Assembly: GCA_963716175.1 (NCBI GenBank)
Contig: OY970296.1
Span: 256,001 to 320,000, forward strand
DNA length: 64,000 nt
Direction: 5' to 3'
DNA from: an uncultured Armatimonadetes bacterium
GTDB taxonomy: Bacteria; Armatimonadota; Hebobacteria; Hebobacterales; Hebobacteraceae
Made by a program: the position numbers and the translations under genes. This document shows positions 30,099 through 38,086 of the stretch, piece by piece. The stretch's first letter is position 1, and the number at the start of each line of letters is the position of its first letter. The notes below the pieces were generated by a model, which was not told where the DNA came from, did not search any database, and was given only the letters and a program-made list of their open reading frames with translations.

Positions 30099-30114
30099 TG
30101 GCCCGATTCTTGCA
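30099..30114 (+). promoter_or_regulatory. Sigma-54 -24/-12 promoter of exosortase operon
   Basis: TGGCCCGATTCTTGCA, 20 bp upstream of the ORF. Confidence 0.75.
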
Positions 30115-30133
30115 TAGGGACTGACGGAACTGG

Positions 30134-31753
30134 ATGGGTAGTGATGTGAGCAGCATGGGACTGAGTCGCGCCGGCGCCACCGGCTGCCGAGTGGTGGCTG
30201 CGAGAGCGGCCGGGCCGGTGGTGCTGGCAGCGGCCATGGTCCTGCTTTACTGGCCGGTGTTGGCGGGGATGGCAACCTCGTGGGCGAAGGACGAGAATGC
30301 CTCCCACGGGTTCCTCATCCCACCGATCGCAGCCTACCTGGCCCTGGGTCGCTACCGGGCGGCGCGTGCCAGCGCCAGGCCGTGGGGCTGGGGGATGCTA
30401 GCGGTTACGGTTGGGCTGGCGCTGTATACCCTGGGCATCTTCGCCTCCGTCGAGTTCCTGCCACAGGTCTCCTTGCTGGTGGTGCTGGGGGGAATCTGTC
30501 TCTACTTGTGGGGCCCGCAGACGTGCAGCCGACTGTGGTTCCCTCTTGCCTTCCTGTGGTTCATGATCCCCTTACCGGACACGCTCGTAGAGTTTCTCAG
30601 TTTCCCCATGCAGCTATCCTCGGCGAGATTCGCAACCATGCTAGTGGGGCTAGCCGGAATGCCCGTTGCCCGGGAGGGCGTGGACATCCATCTCAGAGAC
30701 TACACCTTCTCGGTTGGGCCTGCGTGCAGTGGGATGAAGTCGCTGATTGCCTTGCTCGCGGTGGCGGCACTCGCTTCCTATCTGCTGAACGGTCCGAGGT
30801 GGAAACGGTGGACCGTGTTCGCTGCCGCGCTGCCACTGTCACTCTTGGCCAATGCTATCCGCATCTCATGCGTTCTTGCCATCGCAAGCACCTGGGGGGA
30901 GAAGACAGCCGCAGGGTTCCTGCACGGGTTCTCGGGCGTGGTCGTCTTTCTGCTAGTCACCCTGGGCCTGGCAGCAGCGGGCCGCGGTCTTGGCCTGCAC
31001 TTCCGGCCTCGGACAGCAGCTGTGGCGGATCACGGCCAATCGGCTCTCGGGGACAGCAAGCCCGCGTCCGAGCCTGGGGAAGACAGCAATCGCTCGGTCT
31101 CGCGCCGCCCCGGAAGAGCAGTGACATGGAGGCCCTACGCGGTACTAGTGGCCCTGCTGGCAGTAACCCAGGGAGTAGCTGCTGCTTGCAGGCAGGCAGG
31201 CGTGCATGACACCGCACTCCAGACGAACCTTTCCCAGGTTGCGGTGAGGACAGCTAGCTGGCAGGGGCGGGACTCGGGCCAGCTCGATCCACTCAGCCAG
31301 ACGATGCTGCGCCCGGATGCTTACCTGAGGCGGATATACACGCGCCGCGATAGGCCTCCTGTTGAGCTAGCTGTGATCGTAGGGCACAGCAAAGATACTT
31401 TCCACTCGCCTGGCCTGTGCCTGGTCGGAGGCGGCTGGAACGTCAGGCAGAAGAGCCGAGTGACGCTCGACCTGGCGCGCAGCACGAGGCTCACGGCCAA
31501 CGAGTTCTGGCTGGAGCGGCCAGGTGAGCGGCAGCTCGTGCTATACTGGTATGCCTCGCACGGAGAGACTACTCCGAGCTGGGTCGTGTTCCAATACCGG
31601 CTCCTGCGCAACCGGTTGACAGGAGCGCAGACCAGGGGAGCGCTAGTCCGACTGGCGACACCGGTCGGCGAGTCCGAAGAGCAAGCCTCCAAGGTGGCGC
31701 AAGACCTCATCCGGGAGCTCGACGAAAGCCTGGACAAAGCGATGGCGCTGTAA
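30134..31753 (+). CDS. Exosortase fused to C-terminal EpsI (DUF3485) domain
   Basis: SHGFLIP, catalytic ACSG, ANAIRI and FLHGFSG; EpsI motifs FHSPGLCLVGGGW, VLYWY and GALVR. Confidence 0.92.
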   Translation: MGSDVSSMGLSRAGATGCRVVAARAAGPVVLAAAMVLLYWPVLAGMATSWAKDENASHGFLIPPIAAYLALGRYRAARASARPWGWGMLAVTVGLALYTLGIFASVEFLPQVSLLVVLGGICLYLWGPQTCSRLWFPLAFLWFMIPLPDTLVEFLSFPMQLSSARFATMLVGLAGMPVAREGVDIHLRDYTFSVGPACSGMKSLIALLAVAALASYLLNGPRWKRWTVFAAALPLSLLANAIRISCVLAIASTWGEKTAAGFLHGFSGVVVFLLVTLGLAAAGRGLGLHFRPRTAAVADHGQSALGDSKPASEPGEDSNRSVSRRPGRAVTWRPYAVLVALLAVTQGVAAACRQAGVHDTALQTNLSQVAVRTASWQGRDSGQLDPLSQTMLRPDAYLRRIYTRRDRPPVELAVIVGHSKDTFHSPGLCLVGGGWNVRQKSRVTLDLARSTRLTANEFWLERPGERQLVLYWYASHGETTPSWVVFQYRLLRNRLTGAQTRGALVRLATPVGESEEQASKVAQDLIRELDESLDKAMAL

Positions 31754-31803
31754 CGGTAGCGGAGCGGGCACGATCCACGAGGCCCGAGAGCAGTGGAGGA
31801 GGG

Positions 31804-33543
31804 ATGATGGAGGAGGGAACACGGCCCTCTCCAGTCCTCGCGAACGAAACGGCCGGCAGAACGCGCCTGGTGGTCCTGCATCTAGCGTGGCTGCTGCCGG
31901 TTCTCATCATCCAGATGTGGTTCTTCCGTACCCACTTCCGCGGGCTGCGGGCGGCCGAGGCCATGGACGCTGCCCAGGTCGGAAGGCACATCAGCGAGGG
32001 ACACGGCTTCACCACGAGCTTCCTGCGGCCGCTGAGCATTGCCATCGTCGGTAAGGTGAATGGGCATCCGGACCTCTACAACGCGCCCCTGCAGCCGCTC
32101 CTCTTGAGCATCGCGTTCAACCTGGGCACCAGTAGCGACCGAGTGGTGGCAGCACTGGCAACTCTGTTCGGGCTGCTCACGGCCTTCATGGCGTACCTGC
32201 TGGGAGCTCGCCTGCTTGACTGGCGAGCAGGAGCGCTGGCCGCGGTGGTAGTGTCTATGAGCGCGGGGCTTCTGCAGTCCAACATCTCGGGGACGAACAC
32301 GACTCTGCTCGCGTTCCTGATCGGCCTGCTGTTCTACCTCGTCCTGACCCACCGCGGTACGCTTCGCAGAAGCATGGTGTGCGGCGGCATATCCGGGCTG
32401 GCTTGTCTCACCGAGTACGTCGCGCTGATGCTTGCCTTGCCAGTCGCCGGTCTCCTCTTCCTGCCTTCGCGGCCGGCCAGGGCCCGCCATGTCGGGCTCT
32501 TCGTGGCCGGCTTGGTGATCGTCGTGCTCCCGTGGCTGATACGCAACCAGATCGTGGCCGGCAGCCCTTTTGCCACCCTCAAGTCATACTCGATCGCGAT
32601 GTACGGCGACAGCTATCCCTCGACGAGTCTCTACCGATTGCCAAGCCGCGATGGCATCGCCCCCCTCACATTCGTGTCAGGGCACCCTAGCGAGGTCGCC
32701 AAGAAGCTCCTGGTCAACCTCGCTTCCCTCCAATCGTCGCTTCCTGGAACTTACGGGCTGGTCCTTTTCGCGCTGTTCGCCATGTCCCTATTCCTTGACC
32801 TGGGCAGCACAGCAGCAAACCGCATGAAATGGGGGGTCGCAATCGGGATCGCCCTGATGGCCGCCGGCGCGGCGATCGGCGAACCGCGTCTCGATCCTAT
32901 CTACGCTCTTCTGGGGCCGATAGCAGCATTGGGCACCACAGCCTTCTTCGTCGCTCTGGAGGCCCGCGGGCTCAGTCGCAGCATGGTCTCGGCTGCCACG
33001 GCGGGCGTACTCGCACTCGCGGCCTTGCCTTGGGTGCTGAGCGCACTGCCAACCAGCGCCGACGACCGACCGGAAAGCCGAAGTCTGGACTACCTGTCGC
33101 GATCTCTGCCGCCTGGCGCGGTTGTCCTGACTGACAAGCCCTGGGCAGTCGCCTGGCACTCTGACCGCATCGCGGTTTGGCTCCCGCAAGCTCCTGCTCC
33201 CGACATCCGTCCTGGGAGCAAGCTGCTGCTGCGGGAGGCGGCAGACGCCACTGAAGCTGCTGGCTTCAGAGCGTTGGAGCGAGCCGGGGTCAGGCCCGAT
33301 GCCATCTTCCTGTCGTCGGAGCTGCCGTCGTATCCGGCGTTCGAGGACCTTGGCCGATGGCAGCTACTCCACCGGGTGATTGCCGCACAACTGGAGACTC
33401 CGCAGAGAGGAGAGACGGAGGGCCCGGTGTGGGTGCCGAAAGGATGGACTCTGGCCGCGAGCCTGCCACCGATGGACTTCGTGCTGACGCGATCCCGCCA
33501 GGCCGGACCCGCCGCAGGTATGAGACCGGAGGGCCGCCCGTAG
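31804..33543 (+). CDS. GT-C fold (GT39/ArnT-like) membrane glycosyltransferase
   Basis: EAMDAAQVGRHISEGHGFTT..RPL, PDLYNAPL, PWLIRN...GSPF and multiple TM helices. Confidence 0.72.
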   Translation: MMEEGTRPSPVLANETAGRTRLVVLHLAWLLPVLIIQMWFFRTHFRGLRAAEAMDAAQVGRHISEGHGFTTSFLRPLSIAIVGKVNGHPDLYNAPLQPLLLSIAFNLGTSSDRVVAALATLFGLLTAFMAYLLGARLLDWRAGALAAVVVSMSAGLLQSNISGTNTTLLAFLIGLLFYLVLTHRGTLRRSMVCGGISGLACLTEYVALMLALPVAGLLFLPSRPARARHVGLFVAGLVIVVLPWLIRNQIVAGSPFATLKSYSIAMYGDSYPSTSLYRLPSRDGIAPLTFVSGHPSEVAKKLLVNLASLQSSLPGTYGLVLFALFAMSLFLDLGSTAANRMKWGVAIGIALMAAGAAIGEPRLDPIYALLGPIAALGTTAFFVALEARGLSRSMVSAATAGVLALAALPWVLSALPTSADDRPESRSLDYLSRSLPPGAVVLTDKPWAVAWHSDRIAVWLPQAPAPDIRPGSKLLLREAADATEAAGFRALERAGVRPDAIFLSSELPSYPAFEDLGRWQLLHRVIAAQLETPQRGETEGPVWVPKGWTLAASLPPMDFVLTRSRQAGPAAGMRPEGRP

Positions 33544-33602
33544 CCGCTAGCCCGCGCTGGCCCTGCGCGGGACGCAGCTTCGACCGGCACGCGCGACCGG
33601 GG

Positions 33603-35021
33603 CTAGTGTCGCCCGCGCTGGTCAGAGCTGGGAAGGCGCAGCGCGAGCCGGTACTTGGCGACAGTTCGCCTAGCCACCTGGAAGCCCCGCACTTGCAGGA
33701 TGCGACAGATTTGCTGATCCGTCAGCGGCCGCTCCGGGTCCTCCCGGGAAAGCAACTCGGCCACCACGGTCTTGGGCCCTGCAGCAACCAAGAAGAATGC
33801 TCCGAATGACATGAGCTTCCCGCTAGGCAGAAGCACGAACTTGTCGGAGATGGCACGCGACACGGTGGACGGGTGCTTGCCGATCTGCTCCGCGACCTGG
33901 CTTCGCGTGAGGGCTTTCATCTTGCCCTCCGCCTCGGTGTCCAGGAACGGGCGCTGAAACGCGGCCACGTTCTCAGCTATCTGCCGTAGCGTCTGCTCGC
34001 GCAGGGACAGGCACTGGAGCAGCCAGGTGGCGCGGCGGCACTGCTCGAGTGCCAGCTCGTGCTCCGGCGAACCGCTACCGTTTTTCCACGCGAGGCCCTC
34101 CAGCCGCCGATAGGCCTCGCTCACCCGGAGCTCGAAGTCGCAGGGCTGCACCACCTCGACCACATAGTCCGCCAGGTCACGCCGGAAGATCACGTCCGGC
34201 CGCACCACGCTGAGTGGGTTGCTGCGGGGATGGTCATGGCGAGGGTGATACAGCCGGCCTGGATAGGGATGGAGGTTATCCCGGATGAACGCAACGGCCT
34301 CGTCCACGCGTTCCACCGAAGCTCCGAGCGCGCGCGCGGTCTTCTCGTAGGCGTGGTTCGCGAGGTCTCGCCAATGGTGAGACAGTATCGGTTCGACGAG
34401 ATCCGGCACTGGTGACGCAGACGCAAGTTCCCGCACCTGGATCAGCACTGACTCCTGGACCGAGCGAGCGCAGATACCTGGCGGGTCAAGGGACTGCAAC
34501 TGGGAGATGACTGCAGCAACGCGGGCCGTAGTCACCCCCAGCGCTTCGGCCGCTTCCTCCAGACTGCCCTCCAGCAGCCCGTCATCGGTAAGGGTTGCAG
34601 TCAGGTACTGGGCAATGGCGAGGTCGGAGGGCGGAAGCGCTACGCGGGCCTGAAGCCAAACGTACTGCCGCAGGCTGAGCGGGCTGCCGACGTTATCGAG
34701 CGGATCGTAATCATCATCCTCGTGGCTGCCGCGAGACAGCAGTGGGGGAAGTGGGGCATCCTCGTAGTCGCTTGCCCGGGGCGCCTCTCCTCCGGCCCCT
34801 TGCCTACAGAACAAGCAGACACCGTTGGACAGGCCGCGCCCGCAGATCTCGCACACTGAGTCCCAGACTACTTCCAGAGCCGGATTCAGCGTGACCTCTT
34901 CCTCGATCCGGAGCTGGAGTTGCTCGGACGACATCTCGAGTATGGCTCCGGCCGCCAGCAGCCTGGGGCTGATCCGCTGAGTCTGAACGTTTCGAGAATG
35001 CAGTCTCTGGGCAACGCGCAT
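33603..35021 (-). CDS. rpoN: RNA polymerase sigma-54 factor
   Basis: Region I Q/L-rich with NPALE; LQSLDPPGICARS, PDV, HPSTVSRA, PLTDQQI and RpoN box VARRTVAKYR. Confidence 0.95.
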   Translation of the reverse strand: MRVAQRLHSRNVQTQRISPRLLAAGAILEMSSEQLQLRIEEEVTLNPALEVVWDSVCEICGRGLSNGVCLFCRQGAGGEAPRASDYEDAPLPPLLSRGSHEDDDYDPLDNVGSPLSLRQYVWLQARVALPPSDLAIAQYLTATLTDDGLLEGSLEEAAEALGVTTARVAAVISQLQSLDPPGICARSVQESVLIQVRELASASPVPDLVEPILSHHWRDLANHAYEKTARALGASVERVDEAVAFIRDNLHPYPGRLYHPRHDHPRSNPLSVVRPDVIFRRDLADYVVEVVQPCDFELRVSEAYRRLEGLAWKNGSGSPEHELALEQCRRATWLLQCLSLREQTLRQIAENVAAFQRPFLDTEAEGKMKALTRSQVAEQIGKHPSTVSRAISDKFVLLPSGKLMSFGAFFLVAAGPKTVVAELLSREDPERPLTDQQICRILQVRGFQVARRTVAKYRLALRLPSSDQRGRH

Positions 35022-35029
35022 GATTGGTC

Positions 35030-35854
35030 TCAGAGGCGGTCAGCGGTCTCGCCGCGGGTCTCGTAGCTATCAGCTCCCGCGTCAGATCCTCTCCGTCCGA
35101 CACGCCCGGGGTCTTCAGTCTTGGATTGGACCTGTGCCAGGAGCGCGCGCAGGTACCGACGCGCCTCTGGCGCCAATCGCAGGAAACGGAAACCATAGCA
35201 GTGCCAGAGCGGCCCTCGCTCCCCGACCGGCTGATACCAGACTGGCTGAGCCATGAGGCGGCCCTCCCGGGCGCCACCCTCGGTCGGAACAGACAGGACA
35301 ACAGGGCCCTCGAGCGTCAGACGAGCGCGGAAGGAGGCCCTGAGCCCCCGCTGAGCGATGTCGTCGGTATGCCCGGATATGGCCACGGCAGGAGGATCTA
35401 CGCTACCGGCGGGCCAGGCTCGAATCGGCAGAACAGCGGCGAAGCGCGGCTGCCTGCGCCGCTGCAAGTACTCGACGCGCCGGGGACCAGCCACCATGAT
35501 CTCAATCACGCAGTCCCGGATGGAGAGGCCCGTCACGCGGGAGTGAAACTGGCCCCAGCCGCGAGGCGAGGCGAATCCCACCTCTACCGCAGTATGCAGC
35601 GAGATCGAGTCCGGGTACCAGTCCCGTGCCCAGGCCCATACCAGCAGAGACTCCGAGCTTTGGTCCAGAACTGTTGCCGAGTAGGCGCCGGCACCAGGGC
35701 CGGTCCGGACACGGATTCTCACGCGCTCCCCCCGTTTCAGCCCAACTGGGGACTGGCTTGCGCTCTTCCGGTCCATGCCGGGAAGCGCTGGCTGACGCGG
35801 GGAACTGCTCGACTCTGAAGAAGAAGACCACCCGCTCGACGGACGCTCTGTCAT
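35030..35854 (-). CDS. YcgR-like N-domain + PilZ domain protein (putative c-di-GMP effector)
   Basis: QRRRQPR (RxxxR) and DIAQRG (D/N-x-S/A-x-x-G), YGFRF; ATG 35854 after GGAG; 8 bp from the rpoN start. Confidence 0.8.
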   Translation of the reverse strand: MTERPSSGWSSSSESSSSPRQPALPGMDRKSASQSPVGLKRGERVRIRVRTGPGAGAYSATVLDQSSESLLVWAWARDWYPDSISLHTAVEVGFASPRGWGQFHSRVTGLSIRDCVIEIMVAGPRRVEYLQRRRQPRFAAVLPIRAWPAGSVDPPAVAISGHTDDIAQRGLRASFRARLTLEGPVVLSVPTEGGAREGRLMAQPVWYQPVGERGPLWHCYGFRFLRLAPEARRYLRALLAQVQSKTEDPGRVGRRGSDAGADSYETRGETADRL

Positions 35855-35968
35855 TGGCGCGAGCTCCAGGCAGACAAAGCACAGCGGCCTCGGCCTGCAG
35901 TCCCCTCTGTGCATTGTCGGACCGGCTGTGACGCGATCGGATGGTCTGCCAATCCACTGGGCCCGAAA

Positions 35969-35984
35969 CGCAACATCCGTGCCA
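35969..35984 (-). promoter_or_regulatory. Sigma-54 -24/-12 motif upstream of pilZ-rpoN
   Basis: Minus strand TGGCACGGATGTTGCG, near-consensus, in the gap after the EBP stop. Confidence 0.8.
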
Positions 35985-36001
35985 CAAGCCATAGGTGGGT
36001 T

Positions 36002-37447
36002 TCATGGCTTTCGCGCTCGGGAGGTTGTGCCGCGGCGCCACAGATCCCATCTATCGGCGTGATAGCGGACCCACCTGGGTGAGACGCCGAGTAGCTGCGC
36101 CGCCAAAGTGGCATTGCCATTGGTCTTCATCAGCGCCTCGCCCAGGGCGGCCCTCTGCAGCTGTTCGCCTCCCCGGCGAAGGAAAACCGAAGGACCCCAC
36201 GCCGTCACTGGCTGGAACCTGAGCTCAGGTGATCCCAGCCGGACCGCGTCTGGCAGCAGAGAGGGGTCGATCTCTGTTGCTTCGGGTTCGGCCAGCACCA
36301 CCGCCCGCTCGACGTAGTTCTCCAACTCACGGGCGTTGCCCGGCCAAGGGTAGCGCCGCAGCAGTTCGAGCGCCTCCGGAGATACCCTCGCGATCCGCTT
36401 CCCGTTCGCCCGGGCGTAGATTTGGACGAAGTGCGTTGCGAGTGGCTCAATATCCTCGGGACGCTGCCGCAAAGGCAGCAGGCCAATCTCGACCACTTTC
36501 AAGCGGTAGTACAGGTCCTCGCGAAAGGTGCGTTCCCGGACCGCAGTCGCAAGATCACGGTTGGTGGCGGCGATGATCCTGACATCAACGGTCAGGGTAT
36601 CCGTGCCCCCGACACGTTCGAACTGACGCTCCTGGAGAACCCGCAGCAGCTTCACCTGCAGGTCTACGGGCATTTCGGCGATCTCGTCCAAGAACAGCGT
36701 GCCGCCATCGGCGAGCTCGAAACGTCCAGGCTTCTGCCGGTCTGCCCCGGTAAAGGCCCCCTTCTCGTGCCCGAACAGCTCACTCTCCAGCAAGTCCCGG
36801 GAGAGGGCGCCGCACGAGACTGCGACAAATGGGCCTGACCGGCCCTTCATGCTGTGGATGGCACGGGCAAACAGCTCTTTCCCCGTGCCGCTTTCCCCTG
36901 TGAGGAGCACCGTGGCCCGACTCGGTGCCACCCGCCGGACCAGGTCCAGGGCCTGCTGAAGCCAGGGACCCTGGCCCACTATGCCCAGACCATACGCGCC
37001 CGGCGCGGCCGGCTGGCGCCCACGACTAGCGGCCGGCTGGCGCCCACGACTAGCTGGGGAAATGGGGGTTTGGGTGGAAGACGAGCCGAGCGCTTCCGCC
37101 ACAGTCGCCCGCACCGCATCCAAGTCCAGCGGCTTCTGGAAGTAGTGAAACGCTCCCTGCCTGAGGGCTTTCACCGCGGTCTCGATGGTTCCGTACGACG
37201 AAACCAGGATCACGGGGAGAGTCGGCCGCACTTGGTGGGCCGCGTCCAGCAGTTCAAATCCGTTAAGCGAGGGGATGACCAGCTCGGAGATCAGCAGGTC
37301 AACGTTCTCCTCCGTGATGACCTGGCACGCTTCCTCGCCGTCCCTCGCCGCCCGCACGTAGTGCCCGTCCTTCTCCAGCGCCGCGCCCAGTCTCCGGCTG
37401 GAGTCGGCCTCGTCGTCCGCAACCAGAATGTAGGAGCGTGTGCTCAT
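36002..37447 (-). CDS. Sigma-54 enhancer-binding protein (REC-AAA+-Fis HTH, NtrC/AtoC-like) with atypical receiver
   Basis: GESGTGKE, ESELFGHEKGAFTGA, LFLDEI, FREDLYYRL and WPGNARELEN. The receiver reads LLISELVIP where D is expected (GAG codon). Confidence 0.93.
   Translation of the reverse strand: MSTRSYILVADDEADSSRRLGAALEKDGHYVRAARDGEEACQVITEENVDLLISELVIPSLNGFELLDAAHQVRPTLPVILVSSYGTIETAVKALRQGAFHYFQKPLDLDAVRATVAEALGSSSTQTPISPASRGRQPAASRGRQPAAPGAYGLGIVGQGPWLQQALDLVRRVAPSRATVLLTGESGTGKELFARAIHSMKGRSGPFVAVSCGALSRDLLESELFGHEKGAFTGADRQKPGRFELADGGTLFLDEIAEMPVDLQVKLLRVLQERQFERVGGTDTLTVDVRIIAATNRDLATAVRERTFREDLYYRLKVVEIGLLPLRQRPEDIEPLATHFVQIYARANGKRIARVSPEALELLRRYPWPGNARELENYVERAVVLAEPEATEIDPSLLPDAVRLGSPELRFQPVTAWGPSVFLRRGGEQLQRAALGEALMKTNGNATLAAQLLGVSPRWVRYHADRWDLWRRGTTSRARKP
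37005..37054. repeat. 24-bp tandem duplication in EBP linker (ASRGRQPA x2)
   Basis: GCGGCCGGCTGGCGCCCACGACTA occurs twice exactly, at 37005-37028 and 37029-37052. Confidence 0.9.
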
Positions 37448-37920
37448 TCTTGGGTGCTAGGCTCCTCTCTCGCCGGGCTCAAGGCCTGGGAAGGACCAGT
37501 GCCGCCTGTCCCTGGCCGTGCTCGGTCCAGGCGAGGCGGGCCCGACGCGGACATGTGCGCGCGGGTGACGGAGCAGGCATTGAGGTGTAGGACCGAGACC
37601 GAGGCAAATGCCAGCACAGGGCGAGGTGACGAACAGGGCCGTGGAATGCCCTGTGTGCCCAGCCCTGCCCGTAGAGGATGTCTTCCCGCCCATCAGCCTT
37701 GCTACCGAGTCCACTCCTGCCCGCCGTTCAACAGAATGGGCACGTCGCTTCTGGGTCTGGGATGAAGGGACTGCGACTGCAGGTGAAGTTATCAACCGTA
37801 ATTCGACTGCCGATGAACTGCTTCCTCTTCCCGGCAGCCGAAAGTTACCTACTATTTAGCCGACTCCTTGCCTGCTGCCTGTGAACAAGTCTTGTGCTGT
37901 TCTCTGTACAATTGGCTGGT

Positions 37921-37936
37921 TGGCACTCAGGTTGCC
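37921..37936 (+). promoter_or_regulatory. Sigma-54 -24/-12 motif (distal) upstream of wza operon
   Basis: TGGCACTCAGGTTGCC. Confidence 0.65.
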
Positions 37937-38021
37937 CGAGGACCCTGTCTGTGCGGTTCTGCCAAGCCGAGCAAGTTACTGCGCTCCTCGCCGTGGCCTT
38001 ACGCTGCCGCCATTCCCGTTG

Positions 38022-38037
38022 TGGCACGATCTTTGCT
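38022..38037 (+). promoter_or_regulatory. Sigma-54 -24/-12 promoter of wza-wzc EPS operon
   Basis: TGGCACGATCTTTGCT, perfect consensus, 50 bp before the ATG. Confidence 0.88.
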
Positions 38038-38086
38038 ACCTAGCAGGCCAGGGCAGTTGACTCTGGTAAGCGAGGCTGAGGTGCGT

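Noticed and set aside
37457-37795. 112-aa ORF upstream of the EBP as a possible small regulator
   Set aside because: No motif or clear RBS; it lies in the divergent promoter region and cannot be supported.
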